64,000 nucleotides of DNA from Alphaproteobacteria bacterium (lineage in GTDB: Bacteria > Pseudomonadota > Alphaproteobacteria > GCA-2731375). The notes beneath the pieces are model-generated. The model was given only the letters and a program-made list of their open reading frames with translations, was not told the DNA's origin and ran no database searches. The stretch spans positions 4,768,001 through 4,832,000 of the forward strand of contig CBDDPY010000002.1 in NCBI GenBank assembly GCA_965232515.1. The letters are read 5' to 3'. The first letter of the stretch is position 1, and each line of letters starts with the position of its first letter. Of this stretch, positions 30,483 through 40,237 are shown piece by piece. A program made the position numbers and the translations under genes.

Positions 30483-30511
30483 GATATAGGCTGTTCCCGG
30501 CAAAAAGGCAA
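30483..30511 (-). promoter_or_regulatory. sigma70-type promoter of cspA, implying a long 5' UTR
   Basis: Minus strand TTGCCT-N17-TATATC, about 140 nt upstream of the ATG. This fits the long leaders of csp mRNAs. Confidence 0.5.
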
Positions 30512-30536
30512 TCGGGACGGACGGCATGCCGTGCCG

Positions 30537-31541
30537 TCAGCCGCCGAAGCGGCGGCGGTAGTCCTGGGGCGTCAGGCCGGTATGGCGCTTGAACAGGTTG
30601 CGGAAAAAGATCGGATCGTCATAGCCGACGGCATCGCAAACCGCCTGGATCCGCATGCCGCCGTTCTCCAGCAGGCGCTTGGCCCGGGCGATGCGCAGCT
30701 TTTGCAGGTAAGCGAGCGGCGTCAGGCCCGTTGCGGCCTTGAAGCGGCGGATGAAATTTCGCGGACTCATGCCGATTTCGCGCGCCAGCGGTTCCAGTTG
30801 CACCTCGCCCCGGTAGTCGCGGTGCAGCCGTTCCTGCGCCCGCTGGATCGCCTCGTCGTCATGGCGGGCGCCGATATCGAGGTGGGCGAAGGCGACCTGC
30901 CAGATCCGCGGCATCTCGATCAGCATGGCCTTGGCGCATTGCACCGCCACCTCGCGGCCGCAGAACTTCTCCACCAGATAGAGGCTCAGGTCCGAGGCCG
31001 AGTTGATGCCGCCGCCGCAATAGATGCCGCCGCTGTCGGTCACCAGATAGTCCGCCTGCCAGTCCACGTCCGGGAAACGCTCGGCGTAAAGCCGGGCGAA
31101 CGCCCAGTGCATGGTGCCCTGCCGGCCGGCCAACAACCCGGCCTCGGCGACCAGCGCAACGCCCGAACAGACCGCCGCGATCTCGGCGCCTTGATCGGCC
31201 TGCGTCCGCAGCCAGGGCACGATCTCGGCGTTCCGCGCGATCACGGTATCGATGTCGTAGCCGTCCGTCGCCAGCATTTCGAGATCGAAGCCGGCGGCCG
31301 GCACGAAGATCAGATCGCTGCGCTCGACGTCCTCCAGCGCCCGGTCCGGCGTCAGCCGCATCGGCCCGTCCGGCGTCACGGTCTTGCCGCCGGGCGAGGC
31401 CGTGGTGACGCGGAACCTCGGCGCCGGCGACCCGTTGCCGAGCGCGTTCCAGATCACGCCGGCGCCGCGGAAGATCTCGATGGCGTTGACGGCGGTCGAG
31501 ACATAGCCGCCGTTCAGGAACAGGACGGTGACGTCGATCAT
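30537..31541 (-). CDS. GlxA family AraC regulator (DJ-1/PfpI + HTH)
   Basis: AVCSG, LAGRQGTMHW, MSPRNFIRRFK, VGYDD. Confidence 0.92.
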   Translation of the reverse strand: MIDVTVLFLNGGYVSTAVNAIEIFRGAGVIWNALGNGSPAPRFRVTTASPGGKTVTPDGPMRLTPDRALEDVERSDLIFVPAAGFDLEMLATDGYDIDTVIARNAEIVPWLRTQADQGAEIAAVCSGVALVAEAGLLAGRQGTMHWAFARLYAERFPDVDWQADYLVTDSGGIYCGGGINSASDLSLYLVEKFCGREVAVQCAKAMLIEMPRIWQVAFAHLDIGARHDDEAIQRAQERLHRDYRGEVQLEPLAREIGMSPRNFIRRFKAATGLTPLAYLQKLRIARAKRLLENGGMRIQAVCDAVGYDDPIFFRNLFKRHTGLTPQDYRRRFGG

Positions 31542-31674
31542 CCATCCATATGTTTGTCGGAAAAGACATTGTTCAATGGCATTTCCGCCATCTCACGTCA
31601 GACCGCTCGGTGCATAGATTTAGCCTGTCCGCCGGTGTTCGGCGGCCACCGCGAAACCGCACAGGAGCACAGAC

Positions 31675-31902
31675 ATGCCGTTCGTCAACGTTCGCACCGT
31701 CAAGGGCCTGCTGACCGAGGCCCAGCGCCAGGAGATGCAGGACCGCATCAGCCAGGTGATGCTGGAGATCGAGGGCCGGGGCAATCCCGATTTCCGGAAA
31801 TACATCATGGTCCTGATCGAGGAGCATGACGCCACGGCCTGGGCCGTGCACGGCAATAAGCTCACGCCCGAAATCGTCGACGGCCTCGTCGCCGGTCTTT
31901 GA
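31675..31902 (+). CDS. 4-oxalocrotonate tautomerase family protein
   Basis: N-terminal Pro (MPFVNV), 75 aa, VLIEE...WAVHG. AGGAG RBS. Confidence 0.85.
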   Translation: MPFVNVRTVKGLLTEAQRQEMQDRISQVMLEIEGRGNPDFRKYIMVLIEEHDATAWAVHGNKLTPEIVDGLVAGL

Positions 31903-31912
31903 TTCCTTGGGC

Positions 31913-32827
31913 TCAGGCCGGGGCCGGCACGTCCGGTCCCGCGCCCTTGCGCAATCCCTCCACCAGGCCGTCGACCACGGCGCGGACCCGGGCCGAGGTC
32001 TGACCGGTCTCCTTGTGCACCACGTGGACCGGCACGGCGGGCGGCTCGAAGTCTTCGAGCACCAGTTCGAGCGTGCCGGCCGCCAGTTGCGGGGCGATCA
32101 TGTAGGACAGCACCCGGGTGATGCCGCGGCCGGCCATGGCGGCGGCGATGGTGGAATCGGCGTTGTTGGCCAGGAGCCGCGGCTGCGGCCGCACCCGCTC
32201 GCGTCGGCCGTCGTCGTCGAAGCGCCATTCGCCGGCCGCCGTCATGTGGATGAAATCGATGGTGTCGTGGTCCGCGAGGTCGGCCGGCGTGCGCGGCCGG
32301 CCGCGCGCCGCCAGGTAGGCGGGCGAGGCGCACAGCACCCGGCGCACGCTGCCGACCCGGATCGCCGACAGCGACGAGTCCGGCAGCTCGGCGATCCGCA
32401 CGGCGATATCGACGCCTTCCTCCAGCAGCTGCACCACCCGGTCGACGAAGATCGCGGCGACCGAGATCCGCGGATAGCGGTCCAACAGGTCCAGCAGGAT
32501 CGGCGCCACCTTCATGCGCCCGAACAGGACCGAGGCCGAGACGGTCACCCGGCCGCGGGGCTCGGCGTGCGCGCCGGCGGCGTGCCGGTCCGCCTCGTCG
32601 AGCTCGGCAAGAATGCGTCGGATGTCGGCGAGATAGCGTTCGCCGGCCTCCGTCAGCCGCACCGAACGCGTCGTCCGGTGCAGCAGCCGCGCGCCCAGCC
32701 GGGTTTCGAGCGCGGACACCGCGCGCGTCACCGATGCCGGCGACATGTCGAGCCGGCGCGCGGCGGCGGCGAAGCCGCCCTCCTCGGCCACGCGGGCGAA
32801 GACAGCCATGGTTTGCAGGCGGTCCAT
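31913..32827 (-). CDS. LysR family regulator (CrgA-like)
   Basis: MDRLQTM, RTTRSVRLTEAG, CASPAYL. Confidence 0.95.
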   Translation of the reverse strand: MDRLQTMAVFARVAEEGGFAAAARRLDMSPASVTRAVSALETRLGARLLHRTTRSVRLTEAGERYLADIRRILAELDEADRHAAGAHAEPRGRVTVSASVLFGRMKVAPILLDLLDRYPRISVAAIFVDRVVQLLEEGVDIAVRIAELPDSSLSAIRVGSVRRVLCASPAYLAARGRPRTPADLADHDTIDFIHMTAAGEWRFDDDGRRERVRPQPRLLANNADSTIAAAMAGRGITRVLSYMIAPQLAAGTLELVLEDFEPPAVPVHVVHKETGQTSARVRAVVDGLVEGLRKGAGPDVPAPA

Positions 32828-32957
32828 CGATTATTCCTGGATGCGAAATAGTCAGTTTCGGAATGACCATATTATATCGGAAACTGATCGATCTTAACTT
32901 TATCCCCGTTAGGCCGCCCAAATTCGCGGGCGCCGCCAATCAGGGGAGATAAAGGAC

Positions 32958-33368
32958 ATGTCGAGCACTGCGCGCACCAAGGGCGCCCATCACATTGGTT
33001 TGACCGTGCCGGATCTGGCCCGGACCCGCGCCTTCTTTTTGGATACACTTGGGTTCGAGCAGGTCGGCGAGGTGCCGGACTACCCGGCCGTCTTCGTCAC
33101 CGACGGCGCGACCATGATTACGCTCTGGCAGGCTGCCGATCCGGAAAACGCCGTGGCCTTCGACCGCCGCAACGTCGTCGGATTGCATCACTTGGCCTTC
33201 AATGTCGGTGATGCCGATGCGCTGGCAGGATTGCACCGCACGCTCGCGACGACCGACGACGTCAAGATCGAGTTCGCGCCCGAGGCCCTCGGCGAAACGC
33301 CGCTCCGGCACATGATGTGCACGATCCCGGGCGGCATCCGCGTCGAATTCATCGCCGCCGGCGGCTGA
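32958..33368 (+). CDS. VOC family protein
   Basis: HHIGLTV, GLHHLAF, PGGIRVEF. Confidence 0.9.
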   Translation: MSSTARTKGAHHIGLTVPDLARTRAFFLDTLGFEQVGEVPDYPAVFVTDGATMITLWQAADPENAVAFDRRNVVGLHHLAFNVGDADALAGLHRTLATTDDVKIEFAPEALGETPLRHMMCTIPGGIRVEFIAAGG

Positions 33369-33406
33369 GTCGCCCGGCAGGCCGATCGAGGCAGGGAGCA
33401 AGCGCC

Positions 33407-35062
33407 ATGACCCAGGCCGCAACCCAAGACATTTCACCGTTTCACATCGGCGAGCAGGAAGTCCATGCCCGCCTCGGCGTGCGGGACATCGAGGACTGGG
33501 CCCGCAATGTGGTGCGGACCTACCTGCCCGAACAGCATCGGGACTTCCACACCGCGTTGCCGTTCCTGGTCACGGCCGCGCGCGATCGCGACGGCCGGCC
33601 CTGGGCCACGCTGCTGACCGGGCCGGACGGTTTCGTCAGGTCGCCCGATCCGCGATCGCTGCGGATCGACGCCAAGCCGGTCGGCGGCGATGCGCTCGCC
33701 GACGCCTTCGTTCCCGGCGCCGATGTCGGCATCCTCGGCATCGAGCTGGCGACGCGACGGCGCAACCGCGTCAACGGCCGCATCGCGTTGGACGATGGCG
33801 GCGTCGGCGCCATGGTCTTCGCGGTCGACCAGACCTTCGGCAACTGCCCGCAATACATCCGCGAGCGCGAATGGCAACGGGTCGAGGGCGTGCCGGCTGG
33901 CGCGCCGGTGCGCACCGATGCCCTGACGCCCACCCAGCGCGCCTGGATCGCCAAGGCCGATACATTCTTCATCGCCAGCGGCCATCGCGGCGTCGGCGAG
34001 AATCCGGCCTTCGGCATGGACGCCTCGCACCGTGGCGGCGATCCTGGCTTCATCCGGCTGGTCGGCGACCGGCGTCTCGTGTTCCCGGACTACGCCGGCA
34101 ACAACCATTTCAACACCATCGGCAATCTGGTGCTCGACCCGCGCATCGGCCTGCTGTTCGTCGACTTCGAGACCGGCAGCCTGCTGCAGCTCAGCGGCCG
34201 CGCCAGCATCGACTGGGATTCGCCGGCCGTAGCGCAGTTCCCCGGCGCCCGGCGGCTGGTCGTCGTCGATATCGACGCGGTCGTCGAGCTGCCATCTGCC
34301 GTGCCGCTGCGCTGGGATGCCAGCGCCGATTCCGTTCGCTCACTGCGCCTGGTCGAGAAGATCGCGGAAAGCGACGACGTCACCTCGTTCGTCTTCGAAG
34401 CCCGGGACGGCGGGCCGCTGGCCCCGTTCAAGGCCGGCCAGCACCTGCCGATCGAGCTCGAGGTGCCGGACCAGGATGCGGCCGTGCGCCGGACCTATTC
34501 GTTGTCGGGACCGGCCGCCGGCGACCGCTACCGCATCAGCGTCAAGCGCGAGCCGCTCGGGCTCGCCTCGCGCCATCTGCATGACGACCTGGAAACCGGC
34601 GCGATCATCAACGCCCGCAAGCCGGCCGGCGAGTTCCTGCTGCCCTGCAGCGAATGCCCGGTGGTGCTGGTCAGCGCCGGCGTCGGCCTGACGCCCATGG
34701 TCAGCATGCTGCACGATATCTCGGACGGCGACGACGACCGGCCGGTCTGGTTCGTGCACGGCGCCCGCGACGGCGCGCATCATCCGCTGGCGAGGGAGGT
34801 GCGCGCGTTGGCCGATACGCGTCCCGACACGCACCTGCACGTCGCCTACAGCCGGCCGCGGCCCGAGGACCGGCCCGACGCCGACTATGACAGCGAAGGC
34901 CGGGTCGACGGCGCGCTGCTGGCGGGTCTGGTCGGCGGCCATGACGCCCACTATCTGCTCTGCGGCCCGACCGCCTTCATGGCCGAGGTCCAGAGCGACC
35001 TGGAGCGCCGCGGCGTGCCGTCAGCCCAGATCCACACCGAGACCTTCGGACCGGTGGGCTGA
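33407..35062 (+). CDS. pyridoxamine 5'-phosphate oxidase-like domains fused to an FNR-type FAD/NAD-binding reductase
   Basis: RRRNRVNG, GNCPQYI, DASHRGG, then RTYSL, SAGVGLTP, LCGP, ETFGP. No C-terminal 2Fe-2S domain. Confidence 0.88.
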   Translation: MTQAATQDISPFHIGEQEVHARLGVRDIEDWARNVVRTYLPEQHRDFHTALPFLVTAARDRDGRPWATLLTGPDGFVRSPDPRSLRIDAKPVGGDALADAFVPGADVGILGIELATRRRNRVNGRIALDDGGVGAMVFAVDQTFGNCPQYIREREWQRVEGVPAGAPVRTDALTPTQRAWIAKADTFFIASGHRGVGENPAFGMDASHRGGDPGFIRLVGDRRLVFPDYAGNNHFNTIGNLVLDPRIGLLFVDFETGSLLQLSGRASIDWDSPAVAQFPGARRLVVVDIDAVVELPSAVPLRWDASADSVRSLRLVEKIAESDDVTSFVFEARDGGPLAPFKAGQHLPIELEVPDQDAAVRRTYSLSGPAAGDRYRISVKREPLGLASRHLHDDLETGAIINARKPAGEFLLPCSECPVVLVSAGVGLTPMVSMLHDISDGDDDRPVWFVHGARDGAHHPLAREVRALADTRPDTHLHVAYSRPRPEDRPDADYDSEGRVDGALLAGLVGGHDAHYLLCGPTAFMAEVQSDLERRGVPSAQIHTETFGPVG

Positions 35063-35078
35063 CCCTCGGGCGCCCGGG

Positions 35079-35810
35079 TTACTGGGCGTCGATCGAGACT
35101 TCGACGCGCCGGTTGGCCGCGCGGCTGGCGGCCGTGTCGTTGGCGAACAGCGGCCGGCTGTCCCCGTGGCCCTGCGGCGTCAGGCGCGACGCCGGCAGCG
35201 CCGTGGTGTCGAGCCAGTAATGCACCACCGAGACCGCGCGGGCCGTCGACAGGTCCCAGTTCGAGCGGAAGCGTTCGGTCGCGATCGGCGTCGTGTCGGT
35301 GTGGCCGGCGACCAGGATATCGCCCTCGGTCCGTGCCAGCATGCGCGCCAGCTTGTCGAGCGCCGGCAGGATGCTGTCGTTCAGCGTCGCGCTGCCGGCC
35401 GGAAAGGCCACGGACTCAGGGAAACTGACGACGATGCTGCCGTCGCGCTCGGCGATCCGCAGCAGGCCGAGCGCCACCTCGCTCGCGAGCTGCCGTCGCA
35501 ACCGCCACATCAGCGGCGGCGTCTCGAATTCGGTGACGTCGGCCGGAACCGGCGGCAGGGGCACGACGACGACCGGCGCGTCGCGCAGGTGTGCGCGCTG
35601 CGGATTGCCGTCGCGCTCGATGATGCCGGCCAGTCGCCGCAGGTGGTCCAGCCCGAAAGCCTCGCGCATGGTGCCGGCGATCTGTTCGTAGCGCTTTGCG
35701 TCCATCACCGAAAACGACAGCATCAGCACGAACAGCGCCAGTAGCAGCGACATCATGTCGGCGAAGGTGACCATCCAGCTCGGCGCGCCGGCCGCCTTGC
35801 GCTTGGCCAT
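35079..35810 (-). CDS. motB: flagellar stator MotB/PomB-like protein
   Basis: WMVTFADMMSLL TM with conserved Asp. OmpA-like domain (GHTD, NWDLSTARA, NRRVE). Confidence 0.9.
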   Translation of the reverse strand: MAKRKAAGAPSWMVTFADMMSLLLALFVLMLSFSVMDAKRYEQIAGTMREAFGLDHLRRLAGIIERDGNPQRAHLRDAPVVVVPLPPVPADVTEFETPPLMWRLRRQLASEVALGLLRIAERDGSIVVSFPESVAFPAGSATLNDSILPALDKLARMLARTEGDILVAGHTDTTPIATERFRSNWDLSTARAVSVVHYWLDTTALPASRLTPQGHGDSRPLFANDTAASRAANRRVEVSIDAQ

Positions 35811-36619
35811 TATGCCGCCTTGCCGGTCGGCGCCGCCGGCGCATTCTCGGTCTTGGCCGGTGGCGCCTCCTGGTGACGCTGGTTCTCCGGCAGATAGACC
35901 TCCAGCAGCTCGGTCAGCACATCAGGGCTGTGCTTGGCGTGGATGCCGACGATGGCCTCGATGATCAGCGACTTGATCAGGCGGTCGTGCTGCGTCTTGG
36001 CCTCCAGCTTCTCGGCGATCGGCAGCGCCACCAGGTTCGCGATCAGCGCGCCGTAGAGCGTGGTCAGCAGCGCGATCGCCATGGCCGGGCCGATGGTCTT
36101 CGGGTCCTCCATGGTGCTCAGCATCTGCACCAGCCCGACCAGCGTGCCGATCATGCCGAAAGCCGGCGCCGAGTCGCCGATGCCCCGGAAGATCCGCTCG
36201 CCCACCTCCTGGCGCCCGGCGTCCAGGTTCATCTCCTTGGTCAGCGTCTCGCGGATCACGCCGATGTCGATGCCGTCGACGCAGAGCTGGATCCCGCGCT
36301 TGAAGAAGTCGTTGCGCACCGGCGCCTCGTCGAGCGCGAGAAAGCCGCTCTTGCGCACGACGCGACAGAGCTCGGCGGCCTGAGCGACGATCTCCGGCGC
36401 GTCGTCATGCGCGTTCCGGAACGCCGCCTGCAGCCCCACCTTGAAGGCGACGAAGACCTTCCGGATCGGGAACTTGATCAGCGTCGCCGCGAAGGTGCCG
36501 CCCAGCACGATCAGGAAGCCCGGCAGATTCAGGAACACCCAGAAGTCCGAGCCCACCAGCACGGCCATGGCCACGACGGCCATGCCGAGGATCAGGCCCA
36601 GGAGCGTCGCGATATCCAT
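35810..36619 (-). CDS. motA: flagellar stator MotA/PomA-like protein
   Basis: MDIATLLGL, APAFGMIGTLVGLVQML, IALLTTLYGA. Its stop overlaps the motB start (TAATG). Confidence 0.9.
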   Translation of the reverse strand: MDIATLLGLILGMAVVAMAVLVGSDFWVFLNLPGFLIVLGGTFAATLIKFPIRKVFVAFKVGLQAAFRNAHDDAPEIVAQAAELCRVVRKSGFLALDEAPVRNDFFKRGIQLCVDGIDIGVIRETLTKEMNLDAGRQEVGERIFRGIGDSAPAFGMIGTLVGLVQMLSTMEDPKTIGPAMAIALLTTLYGALIANLVALPIAEKLEAKTQHDRLIKSLIIEAIVGIHAKHSPDVLTELLEVYLPENQRHQEAPPAKTENAPAAPTGKAA

Positions 36620-36634
36620 GCCGCCGCCGGTCCG

Positions 36635-37105
36635 TCAGGCGTCCGCGGCCGACAGGCTGCCGGCCCGGACGGCGGGCGAGGTCCAGTTATCCTGGTGCCG
36701 GCGGATGATTGCCGCCACATGGTCGGCGAGCTCCTTCGGCGCGATCGGCTCGGCGACCACCGCCTCGGCGCCGGCGTCATGGGCCTTGATCACGCGCTCG
36801 CGGTTCGGCTCCGGCGCCAGCGCGATCAAGCCGATCCGGCCATGGGCGCAGGCCGGCGACTGCGCCAGCGCGCGCAGCATGTCATCGGCTGCCTGACAAT
36901 CGCGGCCGAACTCGACGATCACCAGATGCGCCGGCTGGGCGGCGAATGCCCGCAGGCCGTCGGCCGCGCTGCGGACATAGCGCACGTCGCGGAGGCCCAG
37001 GCCGTGCAGGACCTGGCCGACGATCTGCCGCAGAAGCTCGTTGTCCTCGACCACCAGGACGACGATGTCCTGCGGGTCGATCTGGCCGGAAACGCTTGCC
37101 GTCAT
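36635..37105 (-). CDS. CheY-like single-domain pseudo-receiver
   Basis: Receiver pattern VLVVEDN...LVIVE...LIALA...AGA..VVAEP, with the catalytic D, T and K replaced. Confidence 0.75.
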   Translation of the reverse strand: MTASVSGQIDPQDIVVLVVEDNELLRQIVGQVLHGLGLRDVRYVRSAADGLRAFAAQPAHLVIVEFGRDCQAADDMLRALAQSPACAHGRIGLIALAPEPNRERVIKAHDAGAEAVVAEPIAPKELADHVAAIIRRHQDNWTSPAVRAGSLSAADA

Positions 37106-37285
37106 GATGGAACGGGAACCCTGATACGGATACACCCCGCCGCGCGGCAGCACGGTGGGGAGCGTGCTATCGTGGCCCAAATCCACTGCGTTTCGATTAA
37201 CCAAATTGCGGGAAATTTGCAGGTTTGACGCGCGCAATGCTTGTGTGATCGTTTTACCGGCGACAAGCGGATGGGAGGACGGAGA

Positions 37286-38893
37286 ATGACCAAGGGCATG
37301 GTCTGCGCGCCGCAGCCGGAGGCGGTTGAGGCGGGAGCGCTGGCGCTGATGCGGGGCGGCAACGCCGTCGACGCGGCGATGACATGCGCATTGGTGCAGA
37401 CCGTGGTCGATCCGATGATGTGCGGCATCGCCGGCTTCGGCACGCTGCAGCTCTACCTGCCGGGGCGCGGCCACCACGGCTTTATCGACTTCCACACCAC
37501 GGCGCCGGCCGCGGCCACGGACGACATGTGGGCCGATCAGATCGAGGCCCAGTCCCGCGACGGCTTCGGCTTCATCCTGAAGAACCGGGCCAACGAATGC
37601 GGCTACCAGTCGGTCATGACGCCCGGCAGCCTCAAGGCCTTCGCCCAGGCCGTCGCCGACTACGGCACCTTCGACTGGCGCGACGTCGTCCAGCCCGCCA
37701 TCGACCAGGCGCGCGAAGGCTTCGTCGTCCGACCGCATTTCGACGAGTTCTGGAGCGCGTCCAACATCATGGGCCGCATGGCCATGGTCGATAAGCTGCG
37801 CCACACTCCGGCGGCGCGCCGGATCTATTTCGACGCCGACGGCAACACCTATCCCATCGGCGCGCGCATTCTGAACCCGGACATGGCGACGACGCTGGAA
37901 CGCATCCGCGACGGCGGCGCCGAGTTGTTTTATGGCGGCGAGCTCGGGCAGGAGATCGCCGCCGACATGGCCGCGCACGACGGCCTGCTGACGTCAGCCG
38001 ACCTCGGGTCGTACGAAACCGTGCGCTCGGAGCCGGTCTGGGGCGAATACCGTGGCCACCGCATCGCCTCCAGCCCGCCGCCGGCCGGCGGCGCCATGAT
38101 CGTCGAGATGCTGCAGATCCTGGAGCATTTCGATCTTGCCGCCATGGGCCACAACAGCCCCGACTACATCGCCACCGTCGCCGAGGCCATGAAACGCGCG
38201 ACCATCGACAAGGACGAGAAGCTGGGCGATCCCGCCTTCGACGACGTGCCGCTGTCGGACTTCCTCGACCGCGACCGGGCCGCGACGCTGGCCGCCCGCA
38301 TCCGGGCCGGCGAGAAGGCCAACGTCGTCCGCCTCGACGCGCCCGCCGAATCCAAGGACACGACCCATGTCGTCGTCGTCGACGAACACGGCAACATCGC
38401 CTCGATGACGCATTCGCTCGGCATGCCGTCGGGCGTCGTCAGCGACGGTCTCGGCTTTATGTATAACGGCTGCATGGGCGCCTTCGATCCGCGCCCCGGG
38501 ACGCCGCATTCGATCGCGCCGGGCAAGCGGCGCTTCACCGCCATGTGTCCGACCATCGTCTTCCGGGGCGACGATCCCTACATCGCGCTCGGCGCGCCGG
38601 GCGGCGCCTTCATCACCATGGGCGTGCTGCAGGCGATCCTGAACGTCATCGACTTCGGCATGACGATGACCGAAGCCGTGGCAGCCCCGCGCTTCACGGC
38701 CAACAGCAACACAACAGACGTCAGCAACCGCATTCCCCGCTTCGTCACCGACGAGCTGGAACGCCGCGGCTATCCGGTTGCGCGCAACCCGTTCAGCTAC
38801 GTCTTCGCCGGCGTGCACGGCATCCGCCTCGACGCCGGCCGCTGGGACGGCGGCGCGGACCCGGGCCGCGACGGCATGGCGCTGCGTGTGTGA
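37286..38893 (+). CDS. ggt: gamma-glutamyltransferase
   Basis: GGNAVDAA, autoprocessing site DTTHVVVVD, PGKR, GAPGG, GGADP. Confidence 0.93.
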   Translation: MTKGMVCAPQPEAVEAGALALMRGGNAVDAAMTCALVQTVVDPMMCGIAGFGTLQLYLPGRGHHGFIDFHTTAPAAATDDMWADQIEAQSRDGFGFILKNRANECGYQSVMTPGSLKAFAQAVADYGTFDWRDVVQPAIDQAREGFVVRPHFDEFWSASNIMGRMAMVDKLRHTPAARRIYFDADGNTYPIGARILNPDMATTLERIRDGGAELFYGGELGQEIAADMAAHDGLLTSADLGSYETVRSEPVWGEYRGHRIASSPPPAGGAMIVEMLQILEHFDLAAMGHNSPDYIATVAEAMKRATIDKDEKLGDPAFDDVPLSDFLDRDRAATLAARIRAGEKANVVRLDAPAESKDTTHVVVVDEHGNIASMTHSLGMPSGVVSDGLGFMYNGCMGAFDPRPGTPHSIAPGKRRFTAMCPTIVFRGDDPYIALGAPGGAFITMGVLQAILNVIDFGMTMTEAVAAPRFTANSNTTDVSNRIPRFVTDELERRGYPVARNPFSYVFAGVHGIRLDAGRWDGGADPGRDGMALRV

Positions 38894-38902
38894 CCGCCCG
38901 CG

Positions 38903-39610
38903 TCAGACCGACCGCGTGATGCCGCCGTCGACGCGGATGTTCTGGCCGGTGATATAGCCACCGCCGTCGGAGGCCAGGAAGGCGATGGTGTCGGCGATTT
39001 CCTGGACGTGCCCATAGCGCTGCATGGGGATCCGCGCGCGGAATTCCTCCTTCTCCGGCAGGCTGTCGATGAAGCCCGGCAGCACGTTGTTCATGCGGAT
39101 ATTGTCGGCGGCGTACTGGTCCGCGAACAGCTTGGCGAAGGCGGCAAGGCCCGAGCGGAACACGCCTGACGTCGGAAACACCGGGTCCGGCTCGAAGGCC
39201 GCGAAGGTCGAGATATTGATGATGGCGCCGGATTTCTGTTGCTGCATCACGGGCGTCACCAGGCGCGTCGGCCGGACCGCGCTCAACAGATAGACGTCCA
39301 TGCCGGTGTGCCAGTCCTCATCGGTCAGCTCCAGCACCGGCGCCCGCGGCCCATGTCCGGCGCTGTTCACCAGCACGTCGATCCGGCCCCATTTCTCGAC
39401 CGTTTGATCGACCAGCCGTTTCAGATCGTCGTTCGATTGGTTCGATCCCGTCACCCCGATGCCGCCGAGTTCGGCCGCCAGCGCCTCGCCCTTGCCCGAC
39501 GACGACAGCACCGCGACATGAAAGCCATCGTCGGCCAGCTTCCGCGCCGCGCCCGCCCCCATGCCGCTGCCGCCCGCCGTCACGACCGCCACCTTCCCGT
39601 TCGCCATCAT
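38903..39610 (-). CDS. SDR family oxidoreductase
   Basis: TAGGSGMG, LVNSAG, NNVLPG, ITGQNIRVDGG. Confidence 0.92.
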   Translation of the reverse strand: MMANGKVAVVTAGGSGMGAGAARKLADDGFHVAVLSSSGKGEALAAELGGIGVTGSNQSNDDLKRLVDQTVEKWGRIDVLVNSAGHGPRAPVLELTDEDWHTGMDVYLLSAVRPTRLVTPVMQQQKSGAIINISTFAAFEPDPVFPTSGVFRSGLAAFAKLFADQYAADNIRMNNVLPGFIDSLPEKEEFRARIPMQRYGHVQEIADTIAFLASDGGGYITGQNIRVDGGITRSV

Positions 39611-39676
39611 CTGCTCCTGTTGACTGCGTTAGGATCGAATCGTGTTGCACATCGTCAACTGCGTGGTTGGATTGTC

Positions 39677-40033
39677 ATGCCCAAACAGCTGACTCCGAAA
39701 CTTGTCAAAGCATACGCTGATCACACATTTGCGTACGAAGCATTCAAACCCGACGGCAGGCTGCATATTGTTTGCCCGCAGTGCAGGTCATTGGTCCTGC
39801 TTTTTGAAGATTTGAGTCCCGCAGTCAAACGTGAAATTGCGGAGTTGCGGGTCCAGAATGCGGCTGCTGCGATCCGACGATTGCTACAGGCGACCCGCTG
39901 TGAACTTGCTCAGGCGAAAGCAAACGTCTTGCATATTCGTTTGGCTCAATCCCGATGCCATTGGTGCCGCTCTGCAGTTCCGGCCGGGGCGCTTCTTTGC
40001 GCCTCATGTTTCTCAGTGAACCTCGACTGGTGA
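39677..40033 (+). CDS. small Cys-rich hypothetical protein (three CxxC)
   Basis: CPQC, CHWC and CASC in 118 aa. Visibly lower GC than flanking genes. Confidence 0.6.
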   Translation: MPKQLTPKLVKAYADHTFAYEAFKPDGRLHIVCPQCRSLVLLFEDLSPAVKREIAELRVQNAAAAIRRLLQATRCELAQAKANVLHIRLAQSRCHWCRSAVPAGALLCASCFSVNLDW

Positions 40034-40237
40034 CGTCGGAGGCCAAAGCAATTCTTGCTTCGGAATAACGGGACTTGCTGTCGCGGAATGCTCCCCACGC
40101 ACCTCCGATTTATCGCCGAAACAACTGAAACCTGACTGATACCAAAATCCCTTTGTCGCGGTGGTTGTGGCGTCTCACATGAGTCGAAGCCGGTCGGAAC
40201 GTCGGTCGGCAGAGGCTTCAAAAAGAGGCGAACGCCC

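Noticed and set aside
35079-36619. MotA/MotB pair as Zorya anti-phage ZorAB
   Set aside because: MotA is only 269 aa with no long ZorA tail, there are no zorC/D/E neighbours, and the motifs are typical of flagellar stators.
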